NCBI GenBank assembly: GCA_963785725.1
Contig: CAWAWS010000033.1
Coordinates: 224,001-288,000, forward strand
Origin: an uncultured delta proteobacterium
GTDB taxonomy: Bacteria; Myxococcota_A; Polyangia; Palsa-1104
DNA length: 64,000 nt
Direction: 5' to 3'
Made by a program: the position numbers and the translations under genes. The notes under the pieces are model-generated. The model saw only the letters and a list, made by a program, of their open reading frames with translations, searched no databases and was not told the DNA's origin. Positions 51,702 to 59,733 of the stretch are shown piece by piece; position 1 is the first letter of the stretch, and every line of letters begins with the position of its first letter.

Positions 51702-53120
51702 GTGGACGTCGCTGCCGCAAGTGGATGCTTCGTCGCAACGCTGGCGGCGCTGGCGGGCTGCGCCGAGCTACCGTGGCGCTCGTATCAGGCGGCGCCGCCG
51801 ACCTCCGCGCGCATCTTTCGCGCGGCCGCTGCCGGCGCGCGCGCGGTCGCGCCGGCGCCGCCGCCGACGCTCGACGAGGCGCACGAGTATTCGCTCATCG
51901 AGCTCATCGACGTGGCGCAGCGCGCGAACCCCGAGACGCGACAGGCGTGGGAAGAGGCGCGCGCCGCCGCCGCGCGGCTCGGCCACGCCGAGTCCGTCTA
52001 CCTGCCGGCGCTGACGCTGGTCGTCACCGGCGGCGCGCAGCGGCTCGCCTTCCCATCGCCGGCGGGGGCGTTCACCGCCGGCGGGCCCTACGTCGATCCC
52101 AAGCTGGAGCTGGCCTGGACGCTGCTCGATCTCACCCGCTTCGCCGCCATCGACGAGGCGCACGCGCTCGTCACGCAGGCCAACTTCTCCTTCTCGCGCC
52201 GCCATCAGGAGGTCCTGTTCGCGGTGACGCGCTCGTTCTACGCGCTCGACGCCAGCCGCGCGCGCTTCGAGGCGGCGGAGGCGACGCTGCGCAGCGCGAC
52301 GGTCGTGGAAGAGGCGGCGCAGGCGCGGCTGCAGGTGGGGCTGGCGACGCGGCCCGAGCTGCTCTTGGCGCGCGAGGCGCGGGCGCGGGCGGCGTTCGAC
52401 GTCGAGTCGGCGGCGGGCGCGGTGCGCACCAACCAGGGCCAGCTGGCCGAGAGCGTCGGCGTGGCGCCGTTTCCGCCGCCGCGCACGACGCCGCTGGCGC
52501 AGCAGCCGACGCCCGAGCGGCTGGCCGACCCCATCGAGCAGATCATGGATACGACGCTACGGCAGCGGCCCGACCTGGAAGCGCTCGCCGCCGCCGTGCG
52601 CGCGCGCGAGGCGGCGCTGCGCGGCGCGCGGCGCAGCTATGCCCCGCGGCTGTCCTTGACGGGCAACCTCGGGTATCAGCTGTGGCACTTCGACACGACG
52701 CCGGGGAGCGGGGCGTTCACGCTCGCCGAGACCGAGCTCGACGCGCAGCTGCGGCTCGATTGGGAGCTCTTCGACGGCTTTACGCGGCTCAACGACGTGC
52801 GCGTCGCCAACGCCGAACGCGCGGCGAGCGAGGCGGCGCTGACCGCGGGCGCGTTGCGCGCGCTGCGCGAGGCGTGGACCGCCTACTTCGACGTGCAGAC
52901 GGCCGAGCGGCAGGTCGAGTTCGCGGGCGCGCTGTTGGTCTCGGCCGAGGAAGCGTACGCGGCCACGCTCGAGACCTATCGACAGGGCCTCGGCACGCTG
53001 ATCGACCTCTTGACGGCGGAGCGCGATCTGGCCGACGCCCGCGGCACCGCGATCGAGAGCCGCGCCAAGCTGTTGACGGCGGCGGCCGCGCTCGCCTTCG
53101 CGGTCGGGACGATCCCGTAA
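51702..53120 (+). CDS. TolC family outer-membrane efflux lipoprotein
   Basis: Lipobox LAGC; SLIELIDVAQRANPETR, YLPAL, RPDL, W.LFDGF, YRQGLGTLIDLLTAE; start uncertain (GTG 51702 or ATG 51522). Confidence 0.9.
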   Translation: MDVAAASGCFVATLAALAGCAELPWRSYQAAPPTSARIFRAAAAGARAVAPAPPPTLDEAHEYSLIELIDVAQRANPETRQAWEEARAAAARLGHAESVYLPALTLVVTGGAQRLAFPSPAGAFTAGGPYVDPKLELAWTLLDLTRFAAIDEAHALVTQANFSFSRRHQEVLFAVTRSFYALDASRARFEAAEATLRSATVVEEAAQARLQVGLATRPELLLAREARARAAFDVESAAGAVRTNQGQLAESVGVAPFPPPRTTPLAQQPTPERLADPIEQIMDTTLRQRPDLEALAAAVRAREAALRGARRSYAPRLSLTGNLGYQLWHFDTTPGSGAFTLAETELDAQLRLDWELFDGFTRLNDVRVANAERAASEAALTAGALRALREAWTAYFDVQTAERQVEFAGALLVSAEEAYAATLETYRQGLGTLIDLLTAERDLADARGTAIESRAKLLTAAAALAFAVGTIP

Positions 53121-53165
53121 GCGCGCGCGCTGGCGGCCGGAACTAGAACATGTTTCACTCGGGGC

Positions 53166-54038
53166 ATGAAATTCAGCATCTCGATCGCGATGAGCGAACC
53201 GTCGGAGTACGTCCCCTTGGCGCGCGCCGCCGAAGCGGCCGGCTATCACGCCGTGGTGCTCCCCGACTCGATCTTCTACTCCGAGCAGGTGTCGGCCGCG
53301 TATCCCTACACGCCCGACGGCTCGCGCATGTGGGACGGCACGACGCCGTGGATCGATCCGCTCGTCGGCGCGGCGGCGATGGCGGCCGCGACCGAACGGC
53401 TCTTCTTCTACACCAGCGTCGTCAAGCTGCCGGTGCGCAACGCGCTGCTCATGGCGCGCCAGATCATGTCGGTGGCGTCGCTCTCGGGCGATCGCTTCGG
53501 CTTCGGCGCCGGCCTCGGCTGGCTGCCCGAGGAGGCGCAGTGGTGCGGCGCGCCGTTCCAAGGCCGCGGTCAGCGCATGGACGAGGCGCTCGCCGTCCTC
53601 CAGCTCCTGTTCACGGGCGAGCTGGTCGAGTATCACGGGGCCCATTTCGACTTCGGCAAGATCCAGATGAGCCCGCGGCCCGCCAAGCCCATCCCGATCT
53701 ACATCGGCGGGCACACCGAGCCGGCGCTGCGCCGGGCCGCGCGCTACGACGGCTGGTCGTCGGCGATGCTGCGGCGCGATCAGCTGATCGAGATCGCGGG
53801 CAAGCTGCGCGCGCTGCGCCGGGAGATTGGCCGCGACGACGCGCCGTTCGAAGTGCAAGCCGTGGCGATGGACGCGTATCGAGCGGACCACTTCCAGAAG
53901 CTCGAGGCGGGCGGCATCACCGACATGATCCTCTTGCCGTGGATGTTCTACGGCACGCCGCTCCGCGGCGGCTCGCTCGCGAGCAAGCTGGACGGCATTC
54001 GCAAATTCGCCGACGAGGTCATGGCCAAGCTGAAGTAG
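53166..54038 (+). CDS. LLM-class (luciferase-like) oxidoreductase, probably F420-dependent Rv2161c-like
   Basis: ARAAEAAGY....PDS, YPYTPDG, DP...AAMAAATERL, G.GLGWLPEE, RGQRMDE, PIYIGG. Confidence 0.88.
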   Translation: MKFSISIAMSEPSEYVPLARAAEAAGYHAVVLPDSIFYSEQVSAAYPYTPDGSRMWDGTTPWIDPLVGAAAMAAATERLFFYTSVVKLPVRNALLMARQIMSVASLSGDRFGFGAGLGWLPEEAQWCGAPFQGRGQRMDEALAVLQLLFTGELVEYHGAHFDFGKIQMSPRPAKPIPIYIGGHTEPALRRAARYDGWSSAMLRRDQLIEIAGKLRALRREIGRDDAPFEVQAVAMDAYRADHFQKLEAGGITDMILLPWMFYGTPLRGGSLASKLDGIRKFADEVMAKLK

Positions 54039-54106
54039 CCACGACGTCGCAGCGTTCGGCCGCGGCCGCTCGGTGCGGAACGACTACCGCCGTCGACGCC
54101 GGGCGC

Positions 54107-54502
54107 TCACGGCCGGGCGCCCGCTTCGGCCTTCTCGGTCCAACGGGAGCGCCAGTCGGGCGCGGGGAACGGCGCACCGAAGTACTGCGTCTCGTGCGCG
54201 ACCTTGCCGTCGCTGAACTCCATGATGCTGATCGTATAGTAGGGACTGTCGTCGTAGGCGATCACGTACTCCGTCACCCACAGGTCGCCGCGGCCGGAGA
54301 TGCGGTGAATGTCGAAGCGGCGCCGGGCCGGATGCTCGGCGCGCGAGGCTCTGATGTTGGCGCGGCCGTGAATGCGCTCGCCCGATTGCGGATAGTCGAG
54401 CACCACGTCGTCGCGATAGATGTCGTGCTCGGTCTCGTAGTCGCCCGCTTGCGACGCGGCCCAATGCCGATTCAGCGCCGCCCGAATCTCCTGCTCGCCC
54501 AT
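54107..54502 (-). CDS. SnoaL-like / NTF2 family protein
   Basis: EHDIYRDDVVLDYPQSGERIHGR, G.LWVTE, SIMEF.DGKVAHETQYF. Confidence 0.87.
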   Translation of the reverse strand: MGEQEIRAALNRHWAASQAGDYETEHDIYRDDVVLDYPQSGERIHGRANIRASRAEHPARRRFDIHRISGRGDLWVTEYVIAYDDSPYYTISIMEFSDGKVAHETQYFGAPFPAPDWRSRWTEKAEAGARP

Positions 54503-54595
54503 CCGTCGCCTCCCGAGTTGCAGCCCAAGGTGTCCGTCGAACAATGATGCGTCGCGGAGCGCCGTCGCCAAGATCGGCTACCGTGACGGCTGGAA

Positions 54596-55552
54596 TCAAC
54601 GCGCGTCGAGCGGGCGCTCTGCCACTGTGCGGTCGAGACCGCCGACGCGCCATCCCTTAGACGTCTTCTGGAGCAGCAGAATCAGCTCTTTGCCCGCGAC
54701 GTGGCCAATCGCATAGCGCCGCACCGACCGGGCGCTTCTGGACGGAAGCACGCCGCGCGCCTCGTCCATCGCGTCCGGCGTCAGCACGCGTAGCTCGGTG
54801 ACCGCGCGCGCACCGGTCGTCCCGGCGATCATGTCCTGATAGAGCTTCTTGAGCGCCGCGGCGTCGCGCGCGACGACCTCGCCGTCGGCGACGAACGGGA
54901 CGCCGCTCCAGCCGGCGAGCCACGGCACATCGCCGCGCGCGTAGGCCGCGAACCAGCCCTCGGCCGCCAGCTGGGCCCCGCCGGTGTCGTCGAGCTGCGC
55001 GGGCGGCTTCGCCGGCGCACCGCTGGCGTCGTGCGCGCTCGTGTCGGCGACGATGGTGTAGATGTGCGGCTCGGCGCCGAGGGTTCCGCACCCGCGCGCG
55101 TCGCGATGAAACTGCCAATCGAGGTACACCTTGCCGTCGGTGCTCTCGATCGGCGGCGGCGGCGGCGGAAATGGCGCGGCCGCCTGCACGCTCGCGATCG
55201 CCGCGGCGTCGAAGGCCGGCACGCCCGACGGACGCGCGCTCGTGATCCGCGCGACGCTGCCGTCATGGTCGATGACGATCGCGAGCATGGTCCACAAAGT
55301 CTGGTCGCTGTAGCTCGGGTCCTTGCGCGCGTCGATACCCGCGAGAAACCCGAGCGTGAACAGGGGGTGAATCTTCCGGTGCATCGCCACGAGGTAATCC
55401 GCCAGAGGCCGAGCCCGCTCACCGAACGGTTGCGGCGTCGGCGCCGGGTCCTCCGCGCGGCTGACGCGCGGCCCGCTCGACAACGCGAGCGCGACGAGCG
55501 CGACCGCCGTCTTCACGATGAGCGATCGCCGGCCGTTTCTGTCACGACGCAC
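54596..55552 (-). CDS. Secreted TonB-C (TolA/TonB_2-like) domain protein
   Basis: Signal peptide; YLVAMHRKIHPLF, IVIDHDGSV, SGVPAFDAAAIASVQAAAPFPPPP, DGKVYLDWQFHRD; start uncertain. Confidence 0.75.
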   Translation of the reverse strand: MRRDRNGRRSLIVKTAVALVALALSSGPRVSRAEDPAPTPQPFGERARPLADYLVAMHRKIHPLFTLGFLAGIDARKDPSYSDQTLWTMLAIVIDHDGSVARITSARPSGVPAFDAAAIASVQAAAPFPPPPPPIESTDGKVYLDWQFHRDARGCGTLGAEPHIYTIVADTSAHDASGAPAKPPAQLDDTGGAQLAAEGWFAAYARGDVPWLAGWSGVPFVADGEVVARDAAALKKLYQDMIAGTTGARAVTELRVLTPDAMDEARGVLPSRSARSVRRYAIGHVAGKELILLLQKTSKGWRVGGLDRTVAERPLDAR

Positions 55553-55694
55553 CGGCGGACTCTACCCAAAGCGACGCCGGCTGTCGCGCCCGCATGCCGG
55601 CGCCGACGCTCGCAATCGCGCCGTGAACGACCTAAGATCGCCGCGACTTCAGCCTTCCGATTGCAGCGAGCCCGTCTTTCGAAGAGAGGAACCC

Positions 55695-56291
55695 ATGCGA
55701 GCCGACATCGTTCCCGGCGCCGTCTTTCCCGACTACGAGCTGCCCGATCAGACCGGCAAGCATCACAAGCTCTCCGAGCTGCAGCGCGGCAACCCCATGC
55801 TGTTGATCCTGTCGCGCGGCGGATTTTGCCCCAAAGATCGACGGCAGCACGAGGGGCTGCTGGCGCTGCACCGCGAGCTCGAGGTCGGCTACTGCGAGCT
55901 CGTCACCATCAGCACCGACAATCTGCTCGAGACCAATGAGTTTCGCAGCGGCGTCGCCGCGCATTGGCCCTTTCTCTCCGATCCGGCCCGCAAGATACAG
56001 AAGGATCTCGACATCGCCGAATACACGGATCCCACGCATAACCCGATGATTCCGCATACGCTGGTGCTCGAGCCGGGGCTCGTCGTCTTCAAAATCTACG
56101 TCGGCTATTGGTTCTTCGGCCGGCCGACGACCGAGGAGCTGCGGCTCGATCTGCGCGCCGTGCTGCAGCGCTGTCGGCCCGATTGGGACATCACGCGGCC
56201 CGAGCTGCGCGCCGCCTGGCAGCGCGGCGAGCGGGCGCAGTTCTATCCCTACGGCAAGAGCTTGGCGAAGGTGCTCTCGGACCAGAGCTGA
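55695..56291 (+). CDS. Redoxin (AhpC/TSA-like) domain protein
   Basis: RBS GAGGA; GAVFPDYELPDQTG, RGGFCPKD, ISTD, FLSDP.R, PHTLVL. Confidence 0.87.
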   Translation: MRADIVPGAVFPDYELPDQTGKHHKLSELQRGNPMLLILSRGGFCPKDRRQHEGLLALHRELEVGYCELVTISTDNLLETNEFRSGVAAHWPFLSDPARKIQKDLDIAEYTDPTHNPMIPHTLVLEPGLVVFKIYVGYWFFGRPTTEELRLDLRAVLQRCRPDWDITRPELRAAWQRGERAQFYPYGKSLAKVLSDQS

Positions 56292-56307
56292 GCGCGACCG
56301 TGGCCGC

Positions 56308-57792
56308 TCAGGCCGGCACCCGCTTGGGCAGCTCCACCACGAACGTAGAGCCGGCGCCGGGCTGGCTCGCGACCCGCATCGCGCCGCCGTGCGCCTGCAC
56401 GATCTGCCGCGACACCCACAGCCCGAGGCCCAAGCCGCTGTAGTGCTTGGCGTCGACGGCGCGCTCGAAGCGTCCGAAGATGCGCTCGAGATGCTCGGAC
56501 GGAATGCCGATGCCGTGATCGCGCGCTTCGATCCGCACCGACTCGCCGTCGACGAGCGTGACCTCGATGGGCTTGCCGGCGCCGTATTTGATGGCATTCG
56601 TCAACAGGTTCGTGAGCACCTGATCGATGCGACCGCGATCCCAGGTGACGACGATCGGTCCCGCCGCCGTAATCGACACGCTGCAGCCGGCGCGGTCGAG
56701 CTCGACTTGCAGCGACTTGACGACCTCGCGGGTCAGCTCGACGACGTCGACCTCGCTCAGCTCGAGACGCAGCCGCCCGGATTCGATGTTGGAGACGTCG
56801 AGCAGCATCGTCACCAGGCGCTCGAGGCGATCGACTTGGCCGTCGAGCGTGTCGAGCTTGGGCGCCAGCCGCTCAACCGTGATCGCGCCCTTGCGCAGCG
56901 CGCGCACGATGCCGTCGGCTTGCAGTCGCAGCGTGCTCAGCGGCGTGCGCAGCTCGTGCGAGGCGATGGCCAAGAACTCGTCGCGCACGCGCACCGCCTG
57001 CTCGAGCTCGCGCTCGATGCGCAGCTGGTCTTCGATGTCGGTGTTGGTGCCGAACCAGCGCGTGACCTTGCCGTCGGCGTCGACGATGGGATGCACGCGC
57101 GTCAAGTGCGCGCGAAAGGTGCCGTCGGCGCGGCGCAGCGGAAAGATCATCTCGAACGGCTGCCCGGTCCGAATCGAGGTCTCCCAGCGCTCCGTGACCT
57201 CCGGCAGCGATGCCGGATCGTGCACCGACTTCCAGCCCCAGCCGTTCATCTGCTCGGCGGTGGTGCCGGTGTATTCGAACCAGCGGCGATTGAAGAAGTC
57301 GAGCCAGCCGTCGACGCGCGCCGTCCAAGCCAGCGTGGGAATGCTATCGACGATGAGCCGCGCGTTGCGCTCGCTCGCTTCCAGATCGGCGCGACTCTTG
57401 GAGCGCTCCGCTTGGAAGAGCGCCGAGAGCTGCATGACGCGCGGCACGAGCGGAAAGAGCAAGACCGCGGTCACGACCGAAGCGAACGCGGTGATCGCGC
57501 GAATGGCGCCGTCGAGCCAATAGGTCGGCGTCCACACGGTGAGGATATCCATGAAGTGCGTAATGCCGCAGGAGACGATGAAGATACCGAACGCGATGTA
57601 GACCCATTCGAACGGCAGCGAGCTCTTCATGCGCCGCGTGAGATAGAGCAGCGTCGCCGAGATGCTGACGTAAGCGACGCCGATAAAGAGATTGGAGAGG
57701 ACCTGCAGCCAAACGAGACCTGGTTTCCACAAATAACAGTGGCCGTGCGGCATGAAGTCCGACGAGAACAGCTGATTCAGGAGCTCTCTCAT
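56308..57792 (-). CDS. Sensor histidine kinase: ethylene-receptor-like 3-TM domain, PAS, HisKA, HATPase
   Basis: FMPHGHCYLW, SNLFIGVAYVSIS, FIVSCGITH; PAS FFNRRWFEYTG..VHDP; ASHELRTPL, NLLTNAIKY, DHGIGI, GLGLGL. Confidence 0.92.
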   Translation of the reverse strand: MRELLNQLFSSDFMPHGHCYLWKPGLVWLQVLSNLFIGVAYVSISATLLYLTRRMKSSLPFEWVYIAFGIFIVSCGITHFMDILTVWTPTYWLDGAIRAITAFASVVTAVLLFPLVPRVMQLSALFQAERSKSRADLEASERNARLIVDSIPTLAWTARVDGWLDFFNRRWFEYTGTTAEQMNGWGWKSVHDPASLPEVTERWETSIRTGQPFEMIFPLRRADGTFRAHLTRVHPIVDADGKVTRWFGTNTDIEDQLRIERELEQAVRVRDEFLAIASHELRTPLSTLRLQADGIVRALRKGAITVERLAPKLDTLDGQVDRLERLVTMLLDVSNIESGRLRLELSEVDVVELTREVVKSLQVELDRAGCSVSITAAGPIVVTWDRGRIDQVLTNLLTNAIKYGAGKPIEVTLVDGESVRIEARDHGIGIPSEHLERIFGRFERAVDAKHYSGLGLGLWVSRQIVQAHGGAMRVASQPGAGSTFVVELPKRVPA

Positions 57793-58038
57793 GGCTGCAA
57801 ACCAGTGCCGGATGGCGACAGCGTGCGTTGGTTTTGGCTGCTCGCGACGAGGTCGGCGCGCCGCGGCGTTCCTCGCGATCGTGGCATCACGAGCATAGTC
57901 CGCCGTCGATGATAGTGTGCGGCCGCGAAATTTGCACCGGCTTTAGGCGGTGAGCGCGGTGTCGTCGCCGCGCAGCTTCTTTACGCGCCACCTAGGCGTC
58001 GTATCAACATGTTTACATACGAGGCGCGCCGATCACCG

Positions 58039-58281
58039 TTAGTCGCCGGCGCCCGCCTGCCGTTTGCGTTCGCGCAGCATGAACAGATAGAGCCCTTCGA
58101 CTTTGGCGCGCGCCCACGGCGTGCGGCGGAGGAACTTGAGGCTCGACGCGATGCTGGGATCGCTGTTGAAGCAGCCGATGTCGATGCGCTGCCCGAGATC
58201 GGACCAGCCGAAATAGGCGACGAGCTCGGTGAGGATGGCCTCGAGGGTGAGGCCGTGCAGTGGATCGCGGGGCGGGCCCAT
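58039..58281 (-). CDS. VF530/DUF2132 family small DNA-binding protein
   Basis: DPLHGLTLEAIL.ELV..FGW..L, CF..DPSI.SSLKFLRRTPWARAKVE.LY. Confidence 0.9.
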   Translation of the reverse strand: MGPPRDPLHGLTLEAILTELVAYFGWSDLGQRIDIGCFNSDPSIASSLKFLRRTPWARAKVEGLYLFMLRERKRQAGAGD

Positions 58282-58348
58282 GCGACATCATAGCCCGCCC
58301 GGCGTTGGCGCGTCATGGGGCCGGCCGCCGCCGCGCGAGCGCGCTCGC

Positions 58349-58807
58349 TCAGAAGCGGACGGTGAGCGACGCGCCGGCGCCGCTCGACGACGCGTTGAGG
58401 CTGAGGGCGCCGAGCGTCTGCGCCTCCTTCAAGCGGTGCCCCGCCCTGCCCCACAGCGCCAGCCCCGTCGACATGACGGCACTGCCCACGACCGTGCCGG
58501 CGATGCCGCCGTACATGAGGCCGTTGGCGAGCGGGCCGCCCGCCGCGCCGCCATCGTGAGGATCGAAGTTGACGCCGCCTTCGACGATGCCCATCGCCAG
58601 AAGCGGCTGGCTCACCAATGTCAAGACGAGGCCGCTGACGAAGAGCGCGATCCCGGTCACGCGCGCTGACTGCGCGTGCAGCACGTCGGGGCTGGGTTGC
58701 GGACGCTGCGTGAAGTCGACGGCGACCGGCAGCTCGTCGGCGTGGGCGGCGTGGGCGGCGCCGAGCAGCGTCGCGAGCACCATGAACGAGACCAAGGAGG
58801 AGCGCAT
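58349..58807 (-). CDS. Hypothetical secreted/membrane protein
   Basis: Signal peptide, two Gly-rich hydrophobic helices, C-terminal ASLTVRF. Confidence 0.65.
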   Translation of the reverse strand: MRSSLVSFMVLATLLGAAHAAHADELPVAVDFTQRPQPSPDVLHAQSARVTGIALFVSGLVLTLVSQPLLAMGIVEGGVNFDPHDGGAAGGPLANGLMYGGIAGTVVGSAVMSTGLALWGRAGHRLKEAQTLGALSLNASSSGAGASLTVRF

Positions 58808-58945
58808 GCGCGGCGAGATTGCAGGCTGCGTGCCGCCGTCGAAGTGCGCGGAAGCGTGTCGTCGTGTCCACTTTCCGACGGGCCGCGCGGCGGATTACGA
58901 CGACGCTTCATCAGCGACTTGGCGCACATGAAGACTCCGCGATCG

Positions 58946-59482
58946 CTATTTCGCCGCGCTCTTTTGATAGACGCCCGTCAACAGGCCACGCGCCAGCACG
59001 TGCCCGCTCATCGCCCGCGAGACCGCCGCCGAGCTGACCCCGTTCGGCAGCGCGATCGTCTTATCGAGCGCCAGCACTTGGAAGCGGTAGCGATGCTGGC
59101 CGCTCGGCGGGCAGATGGGCGCGAAGCCGACGCCGCCGCTGCTGTTGCGCGCCACCGTGCCCTCGGTGCCCGCCGGCGAAGCGCCCAGGCTCGGCAACGA
59201 CGGCTCCGACGGCGGCAGGTCGAACAGCGCGAGGTGCTCGAACGTGCCGCCCGGCGCATCGGGATCGTCGACGATGACGGCGATGCTCTGAGCGTCCGGC
59301 GGCACGGCCGACCAAAAGATCGGCGGTGAAACGCCGCTGCCCTGGCAGGTGTACTGGCTCGGAATCGCGGCGCCATCGGCAAACGCGGTCGACGTCACGT
59401 TGAGCGAGCCCCCGTCGGCCGCGTCGGCGCGCGCCGCCCACGACAGAACGACCGCCGCCAATGCATAGAGTAGCCATCTCAT
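58946..59482 (-). CDS. YbhB/YbcL family (PEBP, Raf kinase inhibitor-like) protein
   Basis: RBS GGAGG; signal peptide; IPSQYTC.G..VSPP, DDPDAPGGTF.H, CPPSG.HRY.F...ALD. Confidence 0.92.
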   Translation of the reverse strand: MRWLLYALAAVVLSWAARADAADGGSLNVTSTAFADGAAIPSQYTCQGSGVSPPIFWSAVPPDAQSIAVIVDDPDAPGGTFEHLALFDLPPSEPSLPSLGASPAGTEGTVARNSSGGVGFAPICPPSGQHRYRFQVLALDKTIALPNGVSSAAVSRAMSGHVLARGLLTGVYQKSAAK

Positions 59483-59733
59483 TTCCGACCTCCTTACGTC
59501 TCGTAAGGCAGTCTGCGTCGCTGGCGATGCGTGTCCATCGGCCCGTGCCGAATGTCATGTCGATCGCCTCGCTTCGGTGACGAGCGGCAGCGCCGGCGCG
59601 CGGTCAGTTACGGCGGCCAAGGCAACCTCACCTGCAGCGCCGGCAAGTGCCGCTTCATCGACATTCCGATGCCGCCCAACTTCGCAGTCGCAGTCATCGC
59701 ATGATTCGACCGCAATGAGGGCGAAGCGTGCGC

